64,000 nt of DNA. Origin: Tetramitus jugosus (taxonomy: Eukaryota; Protista; Heterolobosea). Each line of letters begins with the position of its first letter. Positions within the stretch are counted from its first letter, which is position 1. The stretch lies in the NCBI GenBank assembly GCA_937625935.1, contig OW569347.1:620001-684000 (forward strand), read 5' to 3'. The notes under the pieces were generated by a model, which had not been told where the DNA came from, searched no databases, and saw nothing but the letters and a program-made list of their open reading frames with translations. Both the position numbers and the translations under genes were made by a program. Shown here piece after piece: positions 55,468 through 64,000 of the stretch.

Positions 55468-58400
55468 ATGGTGTCAACTGCCAATAGTAGTAGCGCAGAG
55501 AACACGGGCACTAACAACAACATCTATAGCCAGTCCATTGTTCGTAAGCCATTCATCCAAGTTGTACAGGAATGGACAGCCACCATTGACCAGAAACTGA
55601 AGTCCAAAGTGTTTCAGAACAACTCTTCTGATTTACCCAAGTTGACAGCTATTGAAGATGAGCGCTCCTTTGAAGAGCTACTGGTTCTCATGAACGATCA
55701 AGAAACTCAAAGTGCAAAATTTTTCTTTGCTTGTAGGAACGGTAGTGATGTAGTGTCTCTGCAGTTGCTGAATCAACTGATTGAGACATGCAGTAGTGAG
55801 AACAGTTCGTTCTCCAAATTCTCTGTGGGTAAGATGACTGACAAGGACAATTCCAGTTGCTCTCTCATGCACGTTTGTGCGCAAAGAAACAAGCCTCAAT
55901 GCTTGGAGCTCTTGTTATCACTCAAAATGCCAGTCGATGTACTCGATTCCTTGTCTTCCACTCCATTGCACTATGCGGTCGCTCAGAACTGTCATGAAGC
56001 TGTTGTGTTTCTCTTGAACAAGGGTGCTAACATCAACGCAAAAGACTCCTATTCCAAGTTTCCTCTTCTCATTGCACTCAAACAAAAGCATTATGCCCTG
56101 GCAGAGCTGTTGGCCTCTTTCCGACCTGATGTCCATCTGAGAGTATCTAAAGGCAATACAGTCTTGCATATTATGGCTGGAGAAGGTGACATCACTGCAG
56201 TGAGACTTCTCGTTGAAAAGTTGAATGCATCCCCACTGAGAAAGAACAATGAGGAAGAGAATGTCCTGTACAATTCTCTTCCTCATTTCGAAATTGTTCA
56301 ATACCTGGCTGTCCAATTTGCTTCAAAGGGTTTGGATCGCTTGCTATGCAACACAAACACCTCTGGTAAGAACATTTTGCACAAGTGTGGAGTTGATGGA
56401 CACATTGATAATGTGTTGTTGCTCTTGAAGTATATGAATCTTAGAGAGTTCAACCAGAAGCAGATTGAATCATTATTGAACACAATGGACAAGAAGGGAG
56501 ACACGCCACTGCTTCTTGCAGTAAAGAACTCTAGAAAGGAACTAGTTAGATTCCTAGTAGAGTGCACTGAAGTTGAGTTGAATGAAGGAGATTCAAGTGG
56601 TACGACTGCTCTTCAAACAGCAGTGAACATCTCTGATAAGGATATGATCAACACACTCTCGAAAGCAGGAGCTTCACTGAAGCCCATTAATAGGCATGAT
56701 GAGGAATCTGAACAGAATAACTGTTTCGCTTTCTTCAGGAGTATGAGCACTACTCTAGTGCTACTGCTTTCGTTCATTTCCATTATTTGTATTATATGCA
56801 TGGCCGCGATTTCACTTGGATTTTATGGAGAGAGTATTAAGCGAGAAACACAGACCCAAAGAGACGCGTCTTTCAGAGAGGTTTCCGATTATCTAGGTAG
56901 TGAAATCTCAAGACATACAGTTTCATCTCTCTCAGCTCTCTCTGCATTTCAAACGAAGTTAATTGATACGAGTAAGTCACTTGATAATGCTGTGGATTTC
57001 TCTTACAACATGATTAGATCGATATACAATTCATCTGATTTCACGATTGATGTGTACTTTGGTACTCATGCGGGAGATCTAGTTGGAGTTGTTGCATACT
57101 TCAATGCTCCTGTCGATGTTTTTACAATGAATGCCACAGAAGCTGTATTCGAACACCACACAGTTCCTTCTCTCTGGGATCAAAGTCTGAGCCAAATCCT
57201 AGCTACAGGAGCCGTGTCTTACAACAATGCATCAGAAGATGACAAATTTGGAATTTATTATCAAGCAGCAAACAATTCACTCGGGCCTGCTTGGACCCTC
57301 TCCTATGCGCAACTATCGTTTCCTGGAGCACTTTTTGTCTCCTTCATGACCTCGGTGAGAGACCCTGTCACAAAAGAAATGCAACTCTACATGGGAAGTG
57401 ATATATCAACAGAAGCCATGGCACTGTTCTTGGAACAGAAATCAATTGAGTGGTCTAGCACAATAATTGTTGTTGAGAGATCTACTGGCTATCTTATCAG
57501 CACTAGTGATCCTAATTTTTTGGTGTATTCGAATGATGGTCAGAGCATTCAGAGATTTGATGGAAGTACTGGTAGAAATGAGCTTATCAAAGCAACTCTC
57601 AGCTACTCCAGGCAACAATTCGGTCACAAACTGGAGAAGGTGAAATCGAAGGCTTATGGATTGTTTGAGCATCAAAAACGATTTTATCTTCTTAACATTG
57701 GCGAGCTGAAGGATGAGTATGGCCTGGATTGGCTCATCGTGCAAGCCGTACCTAGAGATCTCTTCTTCAAAGACTTCAAGATTGCCATTGGGTCAATGGT
57801 TGGTCTAACCTGTGTATTGCTCCTTGTAGGAGTGATAATATCGATCGGGGCTTCTTTGTTGTTTATGGCTCCATTGAAGAGGTTGTCCGCACTGGCAGAA
57901 ACGATCAAATTGTTGCAGTTGGAAGAAGTGGAGAGAAAGTTAAAACAAGAAAAGTCGTTCTTTTCAGAGATAAGAAGCTTACAGAGTTCCTTTGGGTCAA
58001 TGTCTGTCAGATTGAAGCAGTTTAGGCAATTTATCCCAGAACACATTTTGGCTGTGATAGAAACAGAAGTTGCTCACAAGGAAATTCTAAAGCTAGAGAC
58101 TCTCTCTGCCTCGATCAAGAAGGGTTCAGCAAAAGATTCTTCTCTTAAGAAGGGAGAAGTGGAGCTGAATACTTTATCCGACACTTGTTCCGATACGCGT
58201 ATCTCTACTGTCCATGCAAATTATCACTCAAAGGGTTTGGTGACTAATGCACTCACTTCAGGTTTGGTCAGTGGAACTGTGTCTGTGATGACTATCAAGT
58301 TTGATGATATGTCAGAAATATTGGAGTCCTATTCGAGTGCAGATGTCAATGAATCCATGAAGGGTCTATTGACTGCCATCAAGGACAAAGTTAGAGAATC

Positions 58401-59025
58401 AAATGCTCAATTGGTATCTCACACGCACTCTCACGCAGTCATCGCCTGGAATACTTTGATCACCCAATCAGACCACCGAAACAGAGCTGTACGAACTGCC
58501 CTTGGATGTCAGAAAGCCATTTTAGGTCTACAGGAGGTTTGGAGAATGAAAGGATTACCTCTGTTGGACATTCAAATCGGATTGAGTTCAGGTCCATCCT
58601 TCTATGGTAACATTGGTTCTGATGCGACCAAAATATTTACTGTGATTGGAAGAGCAGCAACAGAATCCAAAAATGCATGTCATTTGAATGACTCTTGGGG
58701 AACAAGAATATTGGTGTCTCATGATATTTATCAAGCAGCGAAAGAATTATACTTCTTGCGTCCTATCGACAGAATAACAGATGAATTGGCGATCTATGAA
58801 CTGGGAGAAGCAAGAAACACAGATGAATGGACACAGGAGTTGTCACAGGATGTGGCAAAAGAGAATGATGTTTGGTTCGAGTACACGAGGGGCTTCAAGT
58901 GCTTCGACAAGAGAGATTACGAACAAGCATTCGTTATTTTCTCTGATTACTTGGCCAAATATCCATATGATGTTGTTGCTCAGAAAATGGTTGATAAGTC
59001 AAGAACAATGATACCAGAATTGTAA
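55468..59025 (+). CDS. Receptor-type class III nucleotide cyclase-like protein: ankyrin repeats - TM - Cache-like ectodomain - TM - HAMP - degenerate cyclase - TPR-like
   Basis: Ankyrins (TPLHYAV, FPLLIAL, NTVLH, DTPLLLAV, TALQTAV); two TM helices; GPAWT..Y and GLDWLIV..VP (Cache); PLKRLS..EIRSL (HAMP); IGLSSG...GNIGS, FTVIG, GTRILVS (cyclase). Confidence 0.85.
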   Translation: MVSTANSSSAENTGTNNNIYSQSIVRKPFIQVVQEWTATIDQKLKSKVFQNNSSDLPKLTAIEDERSFEELLVLMNDQETQSAKFFFACRNGSDVVSLQLLNQLIETCSSENSSFSKFSVGKMTDKDNSSCSLMHVCAQRNKPQCLELLLSLKMPVDVLDSLSSTPLHYAVAQNCHEAVVFLLNKGANINAKDSYSKFPLLIALKQKHYALAELLASFRPDVHLRVSKGNTVLHIMAGEGDITAVRLLVEKLNASPLRKNNEEENVLYNSLPHFEIVQYLAVQFASKGLDRLLCNTNTSGKNILHKCGVDGHIDNVLLLLKYMNLREFNQKQIESLLNTMDKKGDTPLLLAVKNSRKELVRFLVECTEVELNEGDSSGTTALQTAVNISDKDMINTLSKAGASLKPINRHDEESEQNNCFAFFRSMSTTLVLLLSFISIICIICMAAISLGFYGESIKRETQTQRDASFREVSDYLGSEISRHTVSSLSALSAFQTKLIDTSKSLDNAVDFSYNMIRSIYNSSDFTIDVYFGTHAGDLVGVVAYFNAPVDVFTMNATEAVFEHHTVPSLWDQSLSQILATGAVSYNNASEDDKFGIYYQAANNSLGPAWTLSYAQLSFPGALFVSFMTSVRDPVTKEMQLYMGSDISTEAMALFLEQKSIEWSSTIIVVERSTGYLISTSDPNFLVYSNDGQSIQRFDGSTGRNELIKATLSYSRQQFGHKLEKVKSKAYGLFEHQKRFYLLNIGELKDEYGLDWLIVQAVPRDLFFKDFKIAIGSMVGLTCVLLLVGVIISIGASLLFMAPLKRLSALAETIKLLQLEEVERKLKQEKSFFSEIRSLQSSFGSMSVRLKQFRQFIPEHILAVIETEVAHKEILKLETLSASIKKGSAKDSSLKKGEVELNTLSDTCSDTRISTVHANYHSKGLVTNALTSGLVSGTVSVMTIKFDDMSEILESYSSADVNESMKGLLTAIKDKVRESNAQLVSHTHSHAVIAWNTLITQSDHRNRAVRTALGCQKAILGLQEVWRMKGLPLLDIQIGLSSGPSFYGNIGSDATKIFTVIGRAATESKNACHLNDSWGTRILVSHDIYQAAKELYFLRPIDRITDELAIYELGEARNTDEWTQELSQDVAKENDVWFEYTRGFKCFDKRDYEQAFVIFSDYLAKYPYDVVAQKMVDKSRTMIPEL

Positions 59026-59065
59026 ATGACCACATATAAACTAAACTTATCATGTTAATCTCACT

Positions 59066-60667
59066 TTACTTTTTTCGCTTATTGATGATGGTGTATGTGA
59101 TGTTCAACACGAGACACAGAATCACAGCAGTTGCACCGAAAAGTATTACGATTGCATTCGTTATGTTGTGGCTTAGGATTCGCTTCGTATATGGTGTTTT
59201 AGATTCGTTGAACACTCGCATGGCCTTGTACTTGGATACGATTTGTAGCAGAGGAGGAAACACGAAGGTAATGATGAAACCCATCAGACCAACGTATTGT
59301 AAAATAGTGTCTAAGTCTCTGACAATGCAAGCACCAATCAGTGGAGGAATAGAAGCGCACAGGCGGAAAAGAACTTTCATTTTCCTATTCTCAAGCAGTG
59401 AGGGATACTTGTAGCAAAAAGCAGTATGAATATTGTTTCCAAGTGTAATTCCATTCAATGGGAATGCACTCAACACGTCCACAGCTGGGAACAGAACAAC
59501 GATCAGAGTGACCAACCGAGCCCACATAGGAATAGTCCATCCAAATGGTACTCCTCCTCTGTAGTGAGCAAAGTTCAGAGAGGCAGCACTCATAATATTG
59601 GATCCGTAGTACATGGCCAAAATGACACCCAGCAATGTATAGAAGGCATATGTTGTCAAAAAAGTGGCTCCAAATATATAAGGCAGATGTTTCTTGTTTT
59701 TCACAGGTTGAGAGAGTCCAGGTGTTGAATGATGCAAAATTTGACTAAAGATACACACGGGCATCAAAACATACAATCCAGAAAAGTTAAATAGAGAGAA
59801 CTCTGAGAGATACGGAGGATTGCGCTCCATGCTCTTGTGTGGATTCGATGTGAAACGTGAATAAGGATCCATATGAATGGAAACAAACACGACAACAATC
59901 ATCAACGCCAATGACACATATCGGAAAATGGTCAACAGAACCTGCAATGGCTTCTGTTCCGTCAAATCCAAGCATGTCAACGGCACGACAATTACTGCAA
60001 ACACTGCAATATAAATCAGATAGAGATAGGTGCAGTGTTTGGAACCGTCGTGCAACACATCACACGTGTACCAACCCATATATCGCATAAAGATTGGCAC
60101 ATTACTGGCCATGCTCTGTGCAAACACTGAAGCATAACTCCACAATCCACCATACATGTACAGGAACAAGCAAATCTCATAAACGACTTTTCCTCCACGC
60201 CCCAGAAACATGAGACACAATTCATTCACTTCAAACTTTCGACTTCCAATATACATCTTTCCCACTTGTCCATCATTCTCTGCCAAGTCACTATTCGCCA
60301 AGTCAAAGAGAGCTTGAGCACGTGACATGGTCTCCAACAACCACAACACAACAAGTGCTGCCATCACAGTCACAACAAACAGGAACAATGGTCCAAACAA
60401 AACTCCACCCTGATAGAACGCATGTGGAACACCTAATACTCCGACACCCAAAATATAATTCACACAAAAGCAATACGCAACAAAACTACCATAGCTACCG
60501 TGACCACCAGGTTGTTGGTCTTGTGTGTCAATTTCATTCAGTGCGATTTTGTTGTTGATGGTTTTTTTGGTGCTGCTGTCAACAACGTTGGTATCATGAG
60601 TCAAAAGAGATGCTGACTCGGCATACGTTTGACTACCGTCATCTTCATTATTGTGAGACGGATACAT
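59066..60667 (-). CDS. Amino-acid transporter, TMEM104/SLC38-like
   Basis: VNYILGVGVLGVPHAF..GG, RKFEVNELC.MFLG, HHSTPGL, FP..DV.SAFPLNGITLGNN; about 11 TM segments. Confidence 0.88.
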   Translation of the reverse strand: MYPSHNNEDDGSQTYAESASLLTHDTNVVDSSTKKTINNKIALNEIDTQDQQPGGHGSYGSFVAYCFCVNYILGVGVLGVPHAFYQGGVLFGPLFLFVVTVMAALVVLWLLETMSRAQALFDLANSDLAENDGQVGKMYIGSRKFEVNELCLMFLGRGGKVVYEICLFLYMYGGLWSYASVFAQSMASNVPIFMRYMGWYTCDVLHDGSKHCTYLYLIYIAVFAVIVVPLTCLDLTEQKPLQVLLTIFRYVSLALMIVVVFVSIHMDPYSRFTSNPHKSMERNPPYLSEFSLFNFSGLYVLMPVCIFSQILHHSTPGLSQPVKNKKHLPYIFGATFLTTYAFYTLLGVILAMYYGSNIMSAASLNFAHYRGGVPFGWTIPMWARLVTLIVVLFPAVDVLSAFPLNGITLGNNIHTAFCYKYPSLLENRKMKVLFRLCASIPPLIGACIVRDLDTILQYVGLMGFIITFVFPPLLQIVSKYKAMRVFNESKTPYTKRILSHNITNAIVILFGATAVILCLVLNITYTIINKRKK

Positions 60668-60935
60668 GTTTTCAGAATAAAATGGTTTGTTGTTTGTTGG
60701 TTTGGTTTGGATGACGTCGTTTGGTTTTATGACAACGTGGAAATGGCACGTTGTGTACTCCGAAAAGAAATTTCATTGTCGGAGTGTTGCTCCTCCGCAA
60801 ATTGAGCGCCAACGCGACTACAGTTGAGTGCTGCTGAGAAAATGTTGTCACCGTACTCCTGCTCCGTATTTACCTGGTGCGGAATCTATGGCAGAGCGTC
60901 CTAATCGGCCTTGAATGACACCCCGAATTAACATA

Positions 60936-61232
60936 TTAAATCTCAAGTAATGATCTTTCCTCTTGTCCACCAAGATTGAATCCTACCATGAACAAGATTC
61001 TTTGACCAACAACAATGCATGCAAAGAATTGACCCGCCTTCATACGAGTAATTCTCGAATGCTCATCACAACCATTCTCCCCTGTTCATAAACTCACAGT
61101 TTTTCCATGACCATATCACTACGACGACAAACTCAGATATCCCACACTTTTCTCATTCAACCAATTGATTTCGTCCCATCGAAACTTCAATTCATATCCA
61201 TACTTCTCCAATCGAATCCTTTCTATCGTTTC
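60936..61232 (-). pseudogene. Decayed RCC1-like repeat fragment
   Basis: Manual translation gives ...RWDEINWLNEKSVGYLSLSS**YGHGK...RITRMKAGQFFACIVVGQRILFMVGFNLGGQ, with in-frame stops. Resembles an RCC1 blade (I..+.AG..F......G.N..GQ). Confidence 0.35.
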
Positions 61233-62682
61233 TTTTCCTCATGTAACTAGTGTCAGGTGTCTTATCAATTAGATACTCGACGAATCTGTGTTGTCTGAAA
61301 ACTCTTTGTGTTCATTCTTGCATAGGAAAGAAGAGAGTAATATATGGATTAGGTGTTTTCTTAGGAGCTTTGGTGGTGCGAGCGCTTTTAGAAACCACTT
61401 TGGGTGTCTGGGTTGCAAAATTGCGTGCCTTCATTTATTCATTGACTTCAAAATAGGACACTCAAATACAATATTGCTTGTTCAACAAGCTGTCAGACAG
61501 CAGAGAACAATTTGAAGTAATCCCCAGATGTGCAGCATCGATTCACAAATATCATTGCTCTCAAGACTAGACTATGTGCTGTCAAAACAATTCATATATA
61601 TGAGCTTCAATGTAGCCACATATCTCAGGATATCACATATGTACCGGCTATTCACATTCGATCGTGATGGAAACTGACAGAATTTCACACAACTTCTGTA
61701 GGATCAGCCAACATAGAAACTAATTCAAACCCAATCAATGTGAAACTCAATGGTTAGAGCTCATTTTAATCCTAGCTTTGAATGCCGAAGGGTTCTCCAG
61801 TTAGATCTCGTCACTCGCCTGATAAAAAATACTGCCAGAAGCATCCAACCAAATGACAAAGAACAAATTTAATGCAATTTTTATTGCTGAAACCTTGATG
61901 TGCGCAATGATGTTACACGAGTTTCCCTGACACGAGCAGTATTTTGCCATGCATATCATTTCTTTTGTCACAAAGAGTCGCAAATACGTCAAGGAAGAAA
62001 CAGTGACCACTCATTTATTTACAATATGACTCCTGGGAATGAGAAGAAGATATCTCAAGAACTGGTTAGTAAATTTCTGACAAAATATACTTCTAGACGT
62101 AGGCTTGAGCTGTACTTACAGCATGCATCAAGAAAAGGATCAAAAAGAATAATTAAACAACCAGAGTAAAACGAAGCGGACGACTGCGTCCTTGGATTAT
62201 AAGTTGCGATCAAAAATATTTTGGTATCTTCACATTGACGCTCATGGGAGAGCTTAGTAACAGGATTAAACCTATATTATCTCGAAGACGATTGCCACCT
62301 GATGTGTTTAACACTTTTTCTGCTAGAGGATTAAAACTGCAACATTCAACGAGCGGAAAATTAATCCGCGGCCCTTTCCCCTTTTAAACTTCGAGATCAG
62401 AGATGGATTCTCAGTGGCCACTATGTTTTGTTCAACCATTAACATAATACAAAATGCACATGTATTCCCCGATGTTGAAAAAACATTTTTATGTCATTTT
62501 CGGGCACATAAAAATGATTTGTATCAACAATAAATAACCAATGAGGTTGTTTTGTTTTTTGACACAACCGAAAAAAAGAAAATTTATGGTGATTTGTGTG
62601 GTGTGGTGCTGTGGTCTGTTTCATTTTCCTTAAACACACTTTACTCACACACAAAAAATCACAAATAATATCAAACGACAAC

Positions 62683-63064
62683 ATGTCCTCTTCAACAACA
62701 ACCACACTCATCACCATTTACAAATCCATACTATACCATACAACAAGACAAAGTCGAGATCCCAACAGTGACAATAATACTCGATTATCATCACAACCAC
62801 CACTTTCACCACCACCATCATAATCCCACCCTTGATCCATCGGACTTGAAAGAATTACAGGAACAAATATCCGTGCATCATCAACTTTTATTGCAAACGT
62901 ATAGTATATCCTATTTGGATCACACGTGGAAAAACAATAACAACAACAACAATAGTGGCAGTCATAGTTGTGTATCGTCTTCAGCAGCAGCAGTAGTCGG
63001 AGTATTAGGAGTAGGGCATGAAACTGGACTTACTACAGTGATTTTCCGACCACCAATTGGTTGA
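62683..63064 (+). pseudogene. Frameshifted 5' gene fragment
   Basis: A typical A/C-rich leader and ATG at 62683; frame switch near 62770-62820; LKELQEQISVHHQLLLQTY loosely resembles the GON4L/DUO3 helix. Confidence 0.3.
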
Positions 63065-63568
63065 TATGGTTGCAAAATTCGTGGTACTTCTGGAGACGCC
63101 AGTACCTGTTCATGTCGATGAAGCTTGTAACTTCACTTCCATTTTTTTCCAAAACTTCAAGCGCCATGAAGATACGCAAGTCGCGACTTTAACTTGCACC
63201 ATCGGAAAGAGCGTGTTGCAAAAATTTTTTCCGATCCTTAATGATGCTCGAATCATCATCATAATCATTAGGAGAGACGTTACTTGTGTTGTCGATCCTG
63301 TCCGTTTGTCGACCAACAAACATTTTAAAATGATGGCGATTCGGAATATAAATTTATTCCAACACCCATACCAAAGTGGTATTGCATATTGGTTATGAAT
63401 CGTTCACAAATTGAATTGATCAACTGAATTTCTTCATTTGATCTTTTTTCTCTATTGTTATTATTATTGGTACCCGCTAGAGACATGTTTGTTTGATTTT
63501 TGTTACTGTTCGGATATTTCGGTGAAATTGGACAATCCAACGAGAAGAATTGACCATCCAAAAAATGA

Positions 63569-64000
63569 AAAACAATTGGGCAAATCTACTGTTACACATA
63601 CCACCTCCACTTTCATCACGACAAGGGACACGCTATCATCGGCCAAATAACGGTTGATAGATGTGGAAACATCATTCATATGTCCGTTGGGTATCGGGGA
63701 TCATCCAATGATCAGCTAATTCTTTCCCTTTCAAACATTGTTTCATTGTTACCAAAAGGTGCTAAGTTGTGTGCTGATGGTGGTTTCAGAGGTAAGGATT
63801 TAGGACTGTATTTAATCACACCAGATGATGTAAGAGACGACGAAGCAATATCTCACTTCCAAAAAGTGGAAAGAGTAATCGTGGAATGTACCATTGGGTT
63901 CATCAAAAGTTACGAGATTCTGTCCTCGCGATTTCGTCATAACATCGCGCTACTACCTATTGTTGCGATGGTGTGCGCGTGTTTGAATAAATTCTTGCGA
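63569..64000 (+). mobile_element. DDE_Tnp_4 (PIF/Harbinger-ISL2EU-IS5-like) transposase, C-terminal part, running to the window edge
   Basis: Open frame from 63569: HHDKGHAIIGQITVDRCGNIIHMSVGYRGSSNDQLI...LCADGGFRG...ERVIVECTIGFIKSYEILSSRFRH...VCACLN. An in-frame TGA at 63566 removes the N-terminus. Absent from the ORF track. Confidence 0.8.

Overview
Gene-dense eukaryotic nuclear DNA with about 30 protein-coding genes, very short intergenic spacers, few short GT-AG introns (53-145 bp) and many N/Q/H/T/S homopolymer tracts. The gene content and style suggest a free-living heterolobosean-like (Naegleria-related) protist; this is inference. Recognisable genes: RAD9, a Fuzzy-like CPLANE subunit, a PX-domain protein, a ciliary MIP-like protein, MATH-BTB-BTB, a six-domain saposin (naegleriapore-type) precursor, ribophorin II, a cathepsin-B-like protease, an MFS sugar transporter, G-alpha, a RecB/Cas4-like nuclease, ATG9, Ras, a TM-less syntaxin, class II eIF4E, a TDP2-like EEP enzyme, a bacterial-type ChaN protein, an inverted pair of identical 92-aa membrane-protein genes, a NEK kinase, a tandem-BRCT protein, S1P lyase, an SNase-domain protein, an ankyrin-Cache-cyclase receptor and a TMEM104-like transporter. 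The last ~3.3 kb is a mosaic of decayed gene fragments ending in a DDE_Tnp_4-type transposase fragment that the ORF track misses. Most notable: a protease with a fungal-type beta-glucan-binding (CBM52-like) module; a receptor pseudo-cyclase with N-terminal ankyrins; a putatively mitochondrial Fe-S RecB-type nuclease; a highly structured, pseudoknot-capable intergenic element; and a CDS-restricted, apparently gene-converted inverted duplicate. All family assignments are from motif recognition by eye, not from database searches.
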